Notes: generated by a model not told the origin, from the sequence alone. 47,009 nt of DNA from Nemertoderma westbladi (GCA_032718475.1 JAUCBJ010001809.1:1-47009); one strand, 5' to 3'; positions 1-11,926 are shown, numbered from the stretch's first letter. Made by a program: numbers and translations.

Positions 1-1241
1 CGAGTGACTCATACTAACCTCGCCCCCGCCTGTTGAACTGGCTCGCGAGTGACTCATACTAACCTCGCCCCCGCCTGTTGAACTGGCTCGCGAGTGACTC
101 ATACTAACGTCGCCCCCGCCTGTTGAACTGGCTCGCGAGTGACTCATACTAAACTCGCCTCCGCCTGTTGAACTGGCTCGCGAGCGAGTGACTCATACTA
201 ACCTCGCCCCCGCCTGTTGAACTGGCTCGCGAGTGACTCATACTAACCTCGCCCCCGCCTGTTGAACTGGCTCGCGAGTGACTCATACTAACCTCGCCCC
301 CGCCTGTTGAACTGGCTCGCGAGTGACTCATACTAACCTCGCCCCGCCTGTTGAACTGGCTCGCGAGTGACTCATACTAACCTCGCCCACGCCTGTTGAA
401 CTGGCTCGCGAGTGACTCATACTAACCTCGCCCCCGCCTGTTGAACTGGCTCGCGAGTGGTTCATACTAACCTCGCCCACGCCTGTTGAACTGGCTCGCG
501 AGTGACTCATACTAACCTCGCCCCCGCCTGCTGAACTGGCTCGCGAGTGACTCATACTAACCTCGCCCCCGCCTGTTGAACTGGCTCGCGAGTGACTCAT
601 ACTAACCTCGCCCCCGCCTGTTGAACTGGCTCGCGAGTGACTCATACTAACCTCGCCCCCGCCTGTTGAAATGGCTCGCGAGTGACTCATACTAACCTCG
701 CCCCCGCCTGTTGAACTGGCTCGCGAGTGACTCATACTAACCTCGCCCCCGCCTGTTGAACTGGCTCGCGAGTGACTCATACTAACCTCGCCCCCGCCTG
801 TTGAACTGGCTCGCGAGTGACTCATACTAACGTCGCCCCCGCCTGTTGAACTGGCTCGCGAGTGACTCATACTAAACTCGCCTCCGCCTGTTGAACTGGC
901 TCGCGAGCGAGTGACTCATACTAACCTCGCCCCCGCCTGTTGAACTGGCTCGCGAGTGACTCATACTAACCTCGCCCCCGCCTGTTGAACTGGCTCGCGA
1001 GTGACTCATACTAACGTCGCCCCCGCCTGTTGAACTGGCTCGCGAGTGACTCATACTAAACTCGCCTCCGCCTGTTGAACTGGCTCGAGAGCGAGTGACT
1101 CATACTAACCTCGCCCCCGCCTGTTGAACTGGCTCGCGAGTGACTCATACTAACCTCGCCCCCGCATGTTGAACTGGCTCGCGAGTGACTCATACTAACC
1201 TCGCCCCCGCCTGTTGAACTGGCTCGCGAGTGACTCATACT
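1..1241. repeat. 45-bp minisatellite, about 27 copies, truncated by the window edge
   Basis: Minus-strand unit AGTATGAGTCACTCGCGAGCCAGTTCAACAGGCGGGGGCGAGGTT ([15 protein letters not shown]); near-identical copies with a few recurring variants. Confidence 0.98.
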
Positions 1242-1382
1242 CAGTTCGTCGTAGGATTTCTTTGATCTGGAGTTCATATGTTCTATTCTATTGACTAATA
1301 GTTTGTCCACCAAACAGAAATCCGAGAAATCAGGATGTCGCGTGTTGATGTAGGCGAGTTCAATGTGAACCAGATTAGTTAC
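1200..1382 (-). CDS. DNM1L: Drp1 coding exon 10 (3' end ambiguous: 1200, 1155 or 1110)
   Basis: Acceptor taatag; [23 protein letters not shown]...[20 protein letters not shown]; first donor GAG|GTTAGT at 1199, inside the 45-bp repeat. Confidence 0.85.
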
Positions 1383-4300
1383 CTATTAAATAAACGATAT
1401 GATGTCGATGACCAAATAACTACGAAACTTACCAACATTAATTAATAATATAATTAATAGGCGAAACCGCTTTTAGTTAGCCATAAGGTGTTTCCCCCAT
1501 ACCAACCATATCGTTAGTGACCGGTAGACGGCTCTTTAATAGGTTAGTCACTGTTTCTGAAATGCTTTCCTGTAGTTTAGGGAACCGACTGATCTCGGGT
1601 ACATTAGCGCACGTGTGTATTATTTTCAACAATTCCTCGTGCACAAGATTCACGCATCTAAACAAAATAAATCAAATTAATTCCCGGTTCCGGTTCCGGT
1701 TCCGCACAAAATCGGTCTTACCGGAACCGAGCGCTCGTGTTGAATGAAAGTTTGGATAAAAGTAATTTCACTGATACAAGTTTAAACTGTAGTTTATTCG
1801 AATACAAACCACATTGTATGCTGTTACTATTAATTGGAACAAACGATTTTACTGTGATAGATTGACAACAATTCAGTGCCATATATTATCTAAACAACTC
1901 ACTGAAGGCTTGGACTCAATAATCTCTCAATTTGTTTCTTTGCTAAAAGTTCGAAAGCGACTTCTGGAACAAACAGCGCTGGTCTCGTTCCCTGTAATAC
2001 AATTTAGAATAAATTGTCCCCACATACCAGCAATAAGAAACAAAATGTTTAACGATAACAAAGCAAGCGCTTCTAGGTAAGTACAGAGGGTCTTTCTTCC
2101 CGGGTTGAGTATAAAAACACCAGAGTCATGTTTATAAATTATTGTTTTAACTGATTTTTTTTTCAACTTATTTAATCGAGAAAAATAACTATTAAAGCAT
2201 AATAATTAATTAGAGAAACAAAATATCACGTAATTAACGGTAATTAGTAACCTACGGAACCTAACTGATATTAACGGTAATTAGTAACCTACGGACCCTA
2301 ACTGATATTAACGGTAATTAGTAACCTACGGACCCTAACTGATATTAACGGTAATTAGTAACCTACGGAACCTAACTGATATTAACGGTAATTAGTAACC
2401 TACGGACCCTAACTGATATTAACGGTAATTAGTAACCTACGGAACCTAACTGATATTAACGGTAATTAGTAACCTACGGACCCTAACTGATATTAACGGT
2501 AATTAGTAACCTACGGACCCTAACTGATATTAACGGTAATTAGTAACCTACGGACCCTAACTGATATTAACGGTAATTAGTAACCTACGGACCCTAACTG
2601 ATATTATTTACTTAAGGTTGAATTAATTGGCACTCACAGTAGCGTTTCTTATTGCTGTGAGTATATCTAACTGCGTGAGCCCGTCTAAGGCAGATAGGGT
2701 TAATAAAGTGTTTGTGAATACTTCGTGAAATATAAAGCATATTCTAGAACCACCGCACAACTCCGAGGTCAATATAGAATGGGCGGTGCCTTCTATTGTG
2801 GAACAGTAGTCGCTGGCGAATTTAGATATAGTTTGTAGGAGAATTTTCGGCTGTAAATAAAATAGATTAATGAAAGACTGAAACGTAAGGCCCAACTTAA
2901 TAATATCTCCTCGCGGTGTGTAGAATGTTATTTAGGTAGCAATGTCAATTTATTGTCAACTAACATGGTCGTCTACTTGTTGCCCGTAGCAACCAACTAG
3001 ATCCTGGTACTGACAGAGGAGTACGTTTATTCTCATCCGGAGGTCCGGCAGACATTTCTTGATGTGTTCGAGGAGGAGCTGTTGGAGACGTTTACCTAGG
3101 TTACGTGTGCCGTGTCTGGAAAACAATATTAATAAGCGAAATAAATACCTACACGGGGGGGGGGGGGCAGACATACCAAATTAGGAAATACAACTCGATA
3201 TCAGTTAGACGTCGTTGGATTAGGGGGAGTTTGAGAAAATATACACCATAGTACTATATCGGATACTGGGACATATTCTGAAAGGTAATTGGACGGCCTC
3301 CCCATTTCCGTTGCCACACTGTCTGTGAAAATGAAAGAACATCAGTTTAATCTGGGTTGTCAGGATTCTACAATCGCCCTGGGTTTGCCCATAGACGCAT
3401 CAAACTAGGTCGGTGTCTGAAAATAAATAGTTTATCATACCTACATACATACATACATACATACATACATACATACATACAGTAGGTAGGATGCGATAGA
3501 CTGCTGGAAAAGTAACTTACAAACTGGTAGGACCTTATTGAATTAGGAAAAAGAATTAGACGCACTTTTAGAAAAATTACTTAGCGGAAACTATAAACTA
3601 AAGGAGTCCGGATAGATTTTGGATATTAATTAAGTGCGGAGTTAGTTAACAAAATAAAGGGATCCTATTAGCAGCGCTAGAGGGCGCTACAGTAGAACGC
3701 GTATAATAATAAGATTAACCTATGAGCTATAGCTGGATATTTCTTCTGTAGGAATTGAGTTTCGTCTTTGATTGCCTCGTGAATGGGTTTCCCAACGTTG
3801 ATATCGGCCTGACTCCTGTTAATAACACCGACAATACCAAGTCGAACATCGATCACTAAGAGAAAAACAAAATAATATCAGTAAAAAAGGATTAACAATA
3901 ATGTTAGCTAATTAAATATCAATAAAACTATTATTATCCCATGGAAAATAACTTTTCAATAACTTTTTTCTTTTTGGCTTTTCAATATTTTGCTTTTCCT
4001 CTTATCGAACTAGTACGAGTTGCGCGTCTATCCAATAAATCCTAAACGTCAGATCGCTACAACTGTTATCTGGATTACAGCCATCTCGAGATCTGCTATC
4101 TGGATGTGCTACCTGATGCAAAGCTATTTTGATGAGCGACCTGACCTGCACCTGCAGTATTGCTATGCAGTATCGCGGTTGCCATCCGCTATCTGACAAC
4201 AGCTGCACCGCTAGTTGACCTACAATCCAGTAATGTGAGATTGGCTAGGGAACGTATAGTGGGTTTAGCACAATTCGTAATTGTTGAAGCAAACTTAACA

Positions 4301-7300
4301 AAACGACGCATAACAACGTCATTGGGTGCGGGAAGCCCCTCAACAAAACACCTATGCGTTATTATACGGTAATTTCCAAGTTAAACGAAAATTAATATTC
4401 CAACTCGTTATTAACTGGCGACAACTGATTCCAAATATCCCATAAATTACAACACCGTAGACGCTTGTCGCATAAATACGCTACAAATATTGTGGGGACG
4501 TGCAAAGTGAAAGATCGATCTAACCTTGATTAGTTAGTACATCGTGTGCGTCGGTGCCTTTGTCCATGAGATCGAGCTTGGTGACCACAGCCAGAGTTCT
4601 CGCCCCGTCTGGGTCCACCTGTTTGGCAAACTTTATCGCCTCGGTGGTCGCTATGTCTGTGTTGGCAGCGGTAACGGTGAGAATCATCGAGTTGGGGTTG
4701 GAGATATGGCTGAGTACCAACTCACCGATCTGGTCCTCTATGTCTTCTGGTTGATCGCCAACCGGAATCTGTGGGAGAAAGAATACACTAGGTGCCTGAA
4801 CAGGCATTACTCTCATAATATACTGATCTACAGGAGATTATCTATCAGCGACCGAAGCCAGCTGACAATCAGTCGAGGCATGGAAATCGATCAACGTGCT
4901 GACTGGGAGGAAAGGCGAACCAACAACCAAGGAATGCTATCAGCTGAATCTCCAACTGATAACATGGGTATTGGCCGATAACAAAACAAAACGTAGTATA
5001 TTCCCATTGGCGATATCTCCTTAGCAGAAGTGAAGGCTGCTGCAAAGAGCATTAAGACCAATCGTGCCAGTGGAGTAGATGGTGTTCCCCCTGAGGTCTT
5101 TAAAATACCTGAGTGTTTAAAGCTAATCTATCCCATCATAGTAGACATGTACCGAACAACAAGAGTCCCACAAGAAATGAAAACAAATAAGTTGGTGCCA
5201 TAGTTCCCAAGAAGGGCAACCTAACACTCTATGGTTCTTTTCGGGGAATCTCATTGATCTCGATTGCTGCAAAGCTATACAATAGGATTCTATTAAATCG
5301 CATCAGGGATCCCATTGAGAGACTGCTCCGTGGAAATCAGAATGGGTTCCGTATAGGTTGGGGGGCCGATTATGGATAGATTGATGAACATTCAAGGCTC
5401 TTATAACAAAGTTTCAATGAAGCAACAGAACGTACCTTAGTGAGACCCGGGAGATCGACGAGAGTCAATGTAAACACATCAGTTGCGAAGACTCTCAGAG
5501 TAATAGGGTCCGTGCATATCGCTTTGTTACCCCCGGCTAATCGGTCAGTTTCCCCTTCAATCTCAGCCCGGATCTCAGCGAAGTCGGTAAACACCTGGAA
5601 AGTGAAAGGAAATATCGAAAAATAATAAATAATAAGTAAATTACATTTCAAACTTTTTTAACATACATTACCGGTACCGGTATATATATGTATATGTGAA
5701 AAAAGTTTGAAATATAATTTTCGTAGGGGAGCAGTTCCCCAGTCTGACGCTACAGGGTAAAACTACTAAACGAAATTGTAAAGGCAAATGTTGACATATA
5801 TAATGACTTAATTCATCGTTTCGACATCTATGAAACCAAGTTTTGGTTTCATTTCATCGAATATACGATTAGCCTTCGTGCAATAACGTCACCAATAATA
5901 AGCATATGGGGAGCATCATGTCAGTTTTATTCACAATACAAATACGCAGATGATAGCTCTAATTATAGAGGATGTGATCAATCAATGGAGGCCCTGTTAG
6001 TCTGCCTAAGTCAAGTTCAAACAGACTGTAGCAAATTTAGTACATGGTGTACAAAATGGCGACTAAAAACTAATGGAGAAAAGACAGACATTGTGATAAT
6101 AAACATGCCTCACATTGACTATGATGCCTTACCTAAAATAGTCATGGGGAATAGTGTATGTAGCTATATTTATGAGACCAAAATTCTTGGAGTCATTTTT
6201 GACTCAAATATGTCCTTTGAATTTCATCTCAGGTCACTATTGCAAAAATTCTGGAGTATTTGGGATCTCATAAGTAAATTTGTGAAGCCATCCAGCGGAA
6301 TAAACCTACTAGCAGCAACAAAGCTAATACAGTCGGTACTACTACCAAGACTATTGTATGCATCACCAGTATGGATGAATCGGGAAGCCATAAAAATTCT
6401 TAATGATCTATGGGGCATAATGCTAAAACAATCTGTTGGTGCTTTATATAACCCTCACAGAAATAAACTAGAAGTGATATGTGGCATTCCGCCTCCCGAA
6501 ATATTTTGTCAGGTAATCAGGACCAAATATCTGTTGAAATCATTGTCGAGATCGGAAGACATTACAATGTCGTTCGTTGAAAGCGATTTCCGAACTGTCC
6601 TTAAAAAACAGTTTTGCCTCACACTTGAACGATGTGAAAACATATATTGCGTGGTTAAACAATGAGAGATCTAGTCGTTTAATTGAAATCGAGAATACAG
6701 ACTCACGGCAATTGCACTACACTCAAGGACAAATGAAAATGTATACACAGGATGTATGGAAAAAGTCTCTCAATTTGAACGATTCTCTGATCAAAACAAA
6801 CCAGCTGCCGTCACTTACACCCATAAATCTAGCCTGTGGTAGAGCTCATGAATCCTTCATTCTCGGTTTGGTGCTCGGTCAGGGCAACCTGGCTCTTATG
6901 AGAAGCAGATATGGTGACATTGATGATTGTGCCTGTTTATGTGGTGAGCCTGAATCCGAATCGCATTTTCTACTAGATTGTGTTCTTAGATTAGATCAAT
7001 CGACTTTGTTAAGAGCTGCAATGTCCGCCTATGGTATTGCGCAACTTGACGATTTTATGTATATTAGATCACCTGTAACTCTTAAAGCTCTGGTTAAATA
7101 CTCTATATGAACCAAATTTGAAGCGATACACATATCATTAATTATTTTAGTTATCGATGCTTATCGATATTTTTACTGTATGTCTATTTTATTAGTTTGT
7201 GCATCCATTTCAGCATGCAAAAATATGCTTTTTATTAAAGAATTATATATATATATATATATATTCAATGAAGTTTAACTATATAATATAATATAGAAAC

Positions 7301-9978
7301 AATAACTGACTTCCTGTAAATTATATTTTAACAGATAAAAATTGTAACTGAAACTGATGTTGATTACTGAACCTGTAACTGCAATCAATACAACTCACCT
7401 TGTTCTTTATGTGACCGAACTCCCCCCAGGCAGTGGCACCAGTAGACCTGCACTGCTCGCTATTCTCCTCGACCTGGATGAGCTGTAGAATCAGCGGTCT
7501 CCTAGTTACAATACCGGTTCCGCGGGGTAGGAAATCCCGACCCACAATTCCTTCTAGAACGGAACTCTTTCCAGAACTCTACGGAAGGATTTGTGTTAAG
7601 GTTTGTTATATATTATTGTACGACGAACACATAAATGTACTCTACACCACGTCCTAGAATATAGTGTCGTTATTCTGGTACCGTACACCCCCCCCCCCCC
7701 CCCCCAAATCTTTCCACAAATCTTAATGAGATTGCATGAAATTCGAAACTGAGATAGTTTCACCTCCCTCCTCCTTAGTGGTGAGACAGAATTTTTATTT
7801 TTCTTTCAATCTTTAGCTACAAGTGTTTAAAAATGTATCTCCCGCGATATTACAACCTTATAGTGAATATAAGTTGGTATGGATAGAAACCTGGTTGTGC
7901 AACAATTCCAAATATGTAACACAATCAAAATTTCGTTGAAAAATAGCTGAGATATGAGCGTTGTTGGAGCGATGTTGGACGGTTTTGCACCTGCACGTGG
8001 CTGTTTTATTCTATTAAATAAAAACGACACAATATAGAACATTTTTTTTATGTATGAATTAGCTTATTAGCTGAATTAGCTTTTTAGTTTATGTATGAAC
8101 TTAGATAGTATAGTAATAGTATGATTAGAAAAAGAGTTTTTATTGTTGGCTGGACCTATGTCTAAGCGACCATTTGTCACTTAGAGTTAGACATAGGTCC
8201 AGCCAACAAAACAAACTCTTTATCTAATGATACCACCGGTGACCTGGGCAAGAACCTACCTACAGAGACTAATAGTATGATTAAAGAGGCAGTGTATTTA
8301 GTTTCCCAGCTACGTATGGGATAAACAAAATGTTCCAGAATGTGTATTTATTAAATAGAATAAATGGCCTGCAGCGGAAGCAAATGAAGCAAGCAAAGCA
8401 AGACTAACTGCGGTGTAACTGGTGCAATATCGGCAGAGACAGCAAAGCAAGACTAACTGCGGTGTAACTGGTGGGGTGTAACTGCGGTGTAACTGGTGCA
8501 ATATCGGCAGAGACCAATAATAAAAATAATTACTCACCAACCCAGGAGGAGTTACGTGAAACTAAACTATGGCAGTACCAGAATAACGACACTATATTCT
8601 TCAGGACTTGCGTGTAAGGTAAGAAATGCAATAAATTTAGCATCAATTAAGTTAACTGGATTAATTTGCAGCATCAATGAGTGCACTAGTTACGGTGGCT
8701 GATCTTTGCCAATTAATTTTTTTTTCAGAAGTTCTCCATGACGTCATAATTTATGGTCGACCATAAATTAATTTTTGGTCGACCAGAAATACATTTTTGG
8801 TCGACCATAAATTAATTTTTGGTCGATCATAAATTATGACGTCATGGAGAACTTCTGAAATAAAAGTAAAAAGTAGAAATGCTGGCAGGCTGGACAACGT
8901 GGAAATGGTTTTGTTTCGCTGGCGGTTCTCCTTTTATCAATTTTTTGTTTGTGTCTCGATAATGCAGAGGTTGTTGTGTACTTCTTATCGCTATCGGTCC
9001 TGTCCTACGAATTACCCAAAAAAACACATAATTACCCAAAAATACACAAAAAAAAATACAAAAAAACACAAAAATTTACCCAAAAAAACACAATAAAACA
9101 CAAAAAAAACACAATTACCCAAAACTGCAAAAAGACAAAAATAATTTATATCCTATAGGGTTGGAAAAATAAGACTGTAACCTGTGTTCTTTGGCTATCG
9201 TTTATTGTTTTGGTTAGAAAAGCCTGCTACTGTAACCTAACCTGCTCCTCTCCATTAATTAAGAAATCTGATTTTGTATGCTGTCTAGCAGTATGGGTGG
9301 GTAGGCTTACCGGTAAACCGGTGGCAGTAGGTCATTAAAGGAATCTTCAAATGAACAAAATGTAATATTTTGAAAAAAGTGAAAATTGAAAACTGAAAAG
9401 TGAAACTCTTCTTACAATTAACCTAAATCTTATTGTAGATACGGTACATTGTCAGATTGTTTTTGAAAAACATTTTTTTTTTGTTTTTTTGGGTAGTTTT
9501 TTTGGGTAATATTTTGTTTTTTTGTGTAATTTTTTGTATTTTTTTTCGTATTTTTGTGTTTTTTTGGGTAATATTGTGTTTTTTTGGGTAATTCGTAGGA
9601 CCCCTTCTTATCTGCTTATCGCATAAATTACATTCGACTACTTTTTTAATCGTCTCATTACTGCATTACTGCTGTACTGCTCCCATGTACTGTAACTACC
9701 ATGAGAAAGAATAAGGCCAAGGCCCCTTTAAAGCTTTAAGTAGGCCTATTGAATTAACAAAACCTGCTATTACCTGATTACAGTATTAGGTATTATGGCT
9801 ATTAGATTATTGTTGCTTCAATTCTTAATAATTTGCTTTGCTGTACCTATTGTTCTTCCTCCACCACACAACTTACCTGGCTTCCAATAACAACTATCAT
9901 TGGTAATTGTACATCACCAACTCCGACGGTCTGAAATACATCTTGGAGTTTATTTATCGTTGGGATAAGAGCTTCCAT
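1200..9978 (-). CDS. DNM1L: Dynamin-related protein 1 (Drp1), spliced, 3'-partial; coding exons 9978-9877, 7578-7399, 5594-5436, 4768-4525, 3855-3720, 3115-2965, 2850-2638, 1991-1903, 1657-1507, 1382-1200; remainder (rest of variable domain, GED) lies left of the window
   Basis: Ten GT-AG-bounded exons join in one frame: [15 protein letters not shown]..., G1 GSQSSGKSS, G2 GIVTRRP, G3 DLPG, G4 TKLD, middle domain ELCGGSRI / [16 protein letters not shown] / [13 protein letters not shown]. The N-terminus and middle domain resemble Drp1 rather than classical dynamin. Confidence 0.95.
1507..1657 (-). CDS. DNM1L: Drp1 coding exon 9
   Basis: Acceptor gtttag; (Q)[13 protein letters not shown]...RFPKLQE...RLPVTNDM; donor GTTGGT; 151 bp. 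Confidence 0.9.
1903..1991 (-). CDS. DNM1L: Drp1 coding exon 8
   Basis: Acceptor ttacag; [29 protein letters not shown]; phase-2 donor CA|GTGAGT; 89 bp. Confidence 0.92.
2233..2606. repeat. 37-bp minisatellite, 10 copies, in Drp1 intron 7
   Basis: Unit ATTAACGGTAATTAGTAACCTACGGA(A/C)CCTAACTGAT; copies differ at one position. Confidence 0.97.
2638..2850 (-). CDS. DNM1L: Drp1 coding exon 7
   Basis: Acceptor ttacag; [22 protein letters not shown]...[10 protein letters not shown]; donor GTGAGT; 213 bp. Confidence 0.92.
2965..3115 (-). CDS. DNM1L: Drp1 coding exon 6
   Basis: Acceptor ttccag; (R)[30 protein letters not shown]...VDDH; donor GTTAGT; 151 bp. Confidence 0.9.
3437..3481. repeat. (TACA)n microsatellite
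   Basis: About 10 TACA units; a shorter tract lies near 24883-24905. Confidence 0.9.
3720..3855 (-). CDS. DNM1L: Drp1 coding exon 5
   Basis: Acceptor tcttag; (V)[44 protein letters not shown]; donor AG|GTTAAT; 136 bp; not in ORF track. Confidence 0.9.
4525..4768 (-). CDS. DNM1L: Drp1 coding exon 4
   Basis: Acceptor ccacag; [11 protein letters not shown]...[18 protein letters not shown]; phase-1 donor G|GTTAGA; 244 bp. Confidence 0.92.
4826..5357 (+). mobile_element. RTE-like LINE internal fragment in Drp1 intron 3
   Basis: Encodes start-of-RT motifs ([14 protein letters not shown]; [49 protein letters not shown]) with indels; nearly identical to parts of 34130-34430(-) and 40949-41095(+). 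Confidence 0.85.
5436..5594 (-). CDS. DNM1L: Drp1 coding exon 3
   Basis: Acceptor ttccag; [18 protein letters not shown]...[11 protein letters not shown]; donor GTACGT; 159 bp. Confidence 0.93.
5935..7263 (+). mobile_element. 5'-truncated non-LTR retrotransposon (RT C-terminal half plus CCHC knuckle), frameshifted, antisense in Drp1 intron 2
   Basis: Begins at ..KYADDS (about 5940); ORF 5985-6665 ([24 protein letters not shown]) continues by frameshift into ORF 6577-7110 with [16 protein letters not shown]; ends ATTAAA plus (TA)n. Confidence 0.85.
7399..7578 (-). CDS. DNM1L: Drp1 coding exon 2
   Basis: Acceptor ccgtag; [33 protein letters not shown]...FGHIKNK; donor GTGAGT; 180 bp. Confidence 0.93.
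8120..8232. repeat. Inverted repeat / small MITE-like hairpin
   Basis: Perfect arms TTGTTGGCTGGACCTATGTCTAA / TTAGACATAGGTCCAGCCAACAA with imperfect outward extension. Confidence 0.8.
8723..8860. repeat. Palindromic MITE-like element with internal 21-bp GGTCGACC repeats
   Basis: Arms TTTCAGAAGTTCTCCATGACGTCATAATTTATG and its exact reverse complement enclose TTTTTGGTCGACCATAAATTAA-type units. Confidence 0.85.
9002..9601. mobile_element. Foldback/MITE with A-rich and T-rich repetitive arms
   Basis: Termini GTCCTACGAATTACCCAAAAAAACAC ... GTGTTTTTTTGGGTAATTCGTAGGAC; arms built of ATTACCCAAAAA repeats; centre holds the dispersed TGTAACCTG repeat. Confidence 0.75.
9877..9978 (-). CDS. DNM1L: Drp1 coding exon 1
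   Basis: ATG at 9978; [34 protein letters not shown]; donor CAG|GTAAGT. Too short for the ORF track. Confidence 0.93.
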
Positions 9979-11166
9979 AACGAAATCACAATGCTTTTGT
10001 CAGACTGACTCTGACTGTCTGACAGTTGTTGGCAATACCAAAATAAAGTCAGTGTACCGGTACCGCCACCGCCAGTACCGGTTGTAAGGCAGGCGGCAGT
10101 GTCAGAGTGTATAGCTGTATAGGCCTAGCCAGTAGTCAGATAGTCCTGTAGTAGTAGTAGTAAATCCAGAAATCAGTAAATTGTTTCTTGAACAGTTTCA
10201 GAGTTTGCAGTAGGCCTACAAAGTAAAATTCCGACATTGCTACCGATCCGGTACAGCAGCATGCTGGGCTGATATGCGGTCTATCAGTATACTGGTATGC
10301 TGCAACTGCAGTATAGCAGTACTGGCTGACTGGTATATGGGATGGCTGTATGATGATGGGATTTCAGGATTTAATGTATAGAATGTAGGCTAGGGTGGTC
10401 CAACATTTTTCGAATTTCAACTCAGTTCGCGCATCAGATCATGTCATCAAACAGTCAAATGGGCCAAAACTTCGATAGATAACAAAATTTTGATTTGGAA
10501 TGACCAATGACAGGAAAAATTCCCACAGACACGCACATGGCCAGTTTCCACCCTTTGGCACAAGTGAGTCACAATCTCCATTTTTGGGATGATCAACTTC
10601 TAGTATTCCTACTGCATTTATATTATGCTTATTAGAACCGCAATGACAGAGCGAATAGTTCGAATATATAGAGCGAATAGTCCTTGAGATATTGCAGAAA
10701 ATGTGAAGCCGGCACAAGTCAACATTAGCGCCTTGATGCGATGCAGCCGATTTTCACTGGCTGTGACTGGCCATCATTTTTACACTTGCGCCAATATTTA
10801 CCTCTAAAATGATGTCCGCCTCCGCCTTAACTATAATGTACAAGACTCATTCATAATCACAGAGTTAAGTAATGTTTAACTTTCGATTGGAATTTAAGAG
10901 GTAAATATATCTGAGTTTATATCTGAATTTTAACTCATTTTAACTCTGGTTTTAACCCCTGATCTTTTAGGTCATTATTAGTAAATTTTTATTATTGCCT
11001 TCACGTTTGCCAGTAATGGCGTAATAATAATCTAATAATTATATTAGTACTCTTCCCCAAACAAAACCCTTTTAGAAAATGTTAAAGTAACAAACTCAAC
11101 TAACAATATTGAATGGGTAATAACTTTCTTTTTACCGGGTTATTTAGTGGTGTAAACTTAAAACGA

Positions 11167-11420
11167 ACACAGGTTTATGGACAGGTCTACGGACAGACTT
11201 ACGGACAGGTTTGCGGACAAGTTTGCGGACAGATTTACGGACAGGTTTGCTGACAGGTTTACGGACAGGTTTGCGGACAAGTTTGCGGACAGTTTTGCGG
11301 ATAGATTTACGGACAGGTTTGCTGACAGGTTTACGGACAGGTTTGCGGACAAGTTTGCGGACAGGTTTGCGGACAGGTTTGCGGACAGGTTTGCGGACGG
11401 GTTTGCTGACAGGTTAACGG
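11167..11420. repeat. 12-bp minisatellite (TTTGCGGACAGG), about 21 copies
   Basis: Direct reading; accounts for the DRFA / TGLR / SANL repeat ORFs. Confidence 0.95.
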
Positions 11421-11926
11421 AGTGGTTTACTTTTTAGGCACTTTTTCCATAGGGAAAAATGTAACCCTTAGGATTGCATTTATTTTAATTTTTCCGTCGA
11501 AAAAGTAAAATAAGAATATGTGAAAACAATTTTGGTGGAAAATATATTACATTTTATTACATGTGTTGAAATATAATCGAAATATAAAAGGTTTGCAAGA
11601 AATTTGTGTAAAATCGATTCACAAACTCAAAAGTTATTGCAACTTTAGTGTCTACATGGCGTACACCAAAACGGAACTGAATATTCTATATTGGTTTGTG
11701 TAGTTAAGCTGCTCTCTAGTTACGTAATAAATATTCGAGAACACTAAATTATTTAACATTGATTAAGGCAGCATCAGGAGTTGAAGAGTTCAATAATATG
11801 AATCACAGAAACTATGAAAGCAATATACTGTGGTAAAATACTATAGTTCAATTTATTTTGTAACACTATATCGTTTTATCTTATATTATATTAAAGAGTT
11901 AAGCAACGAAAAAGTACCACGAATTA

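Noticed and set aside
149-1054. [15 protein letters not shown] ORFs as independent genes
   Set aside because: They are translations of the minisatellite, broken by unit indels; only the first one to three units can join the Drp1 frame.
1-2606. 45-bp and 37-bp arrays as CRISPR arrays
   Set aside because: Units are head to tail with no unique spacers, there are no cas genes, and the context is a spliced eukaryotic gene.
11158-11437. DRFA/TGLR/SANL repeat proteins
   Set aside because: By-products of a stop-free 12-bp tandem repeat.
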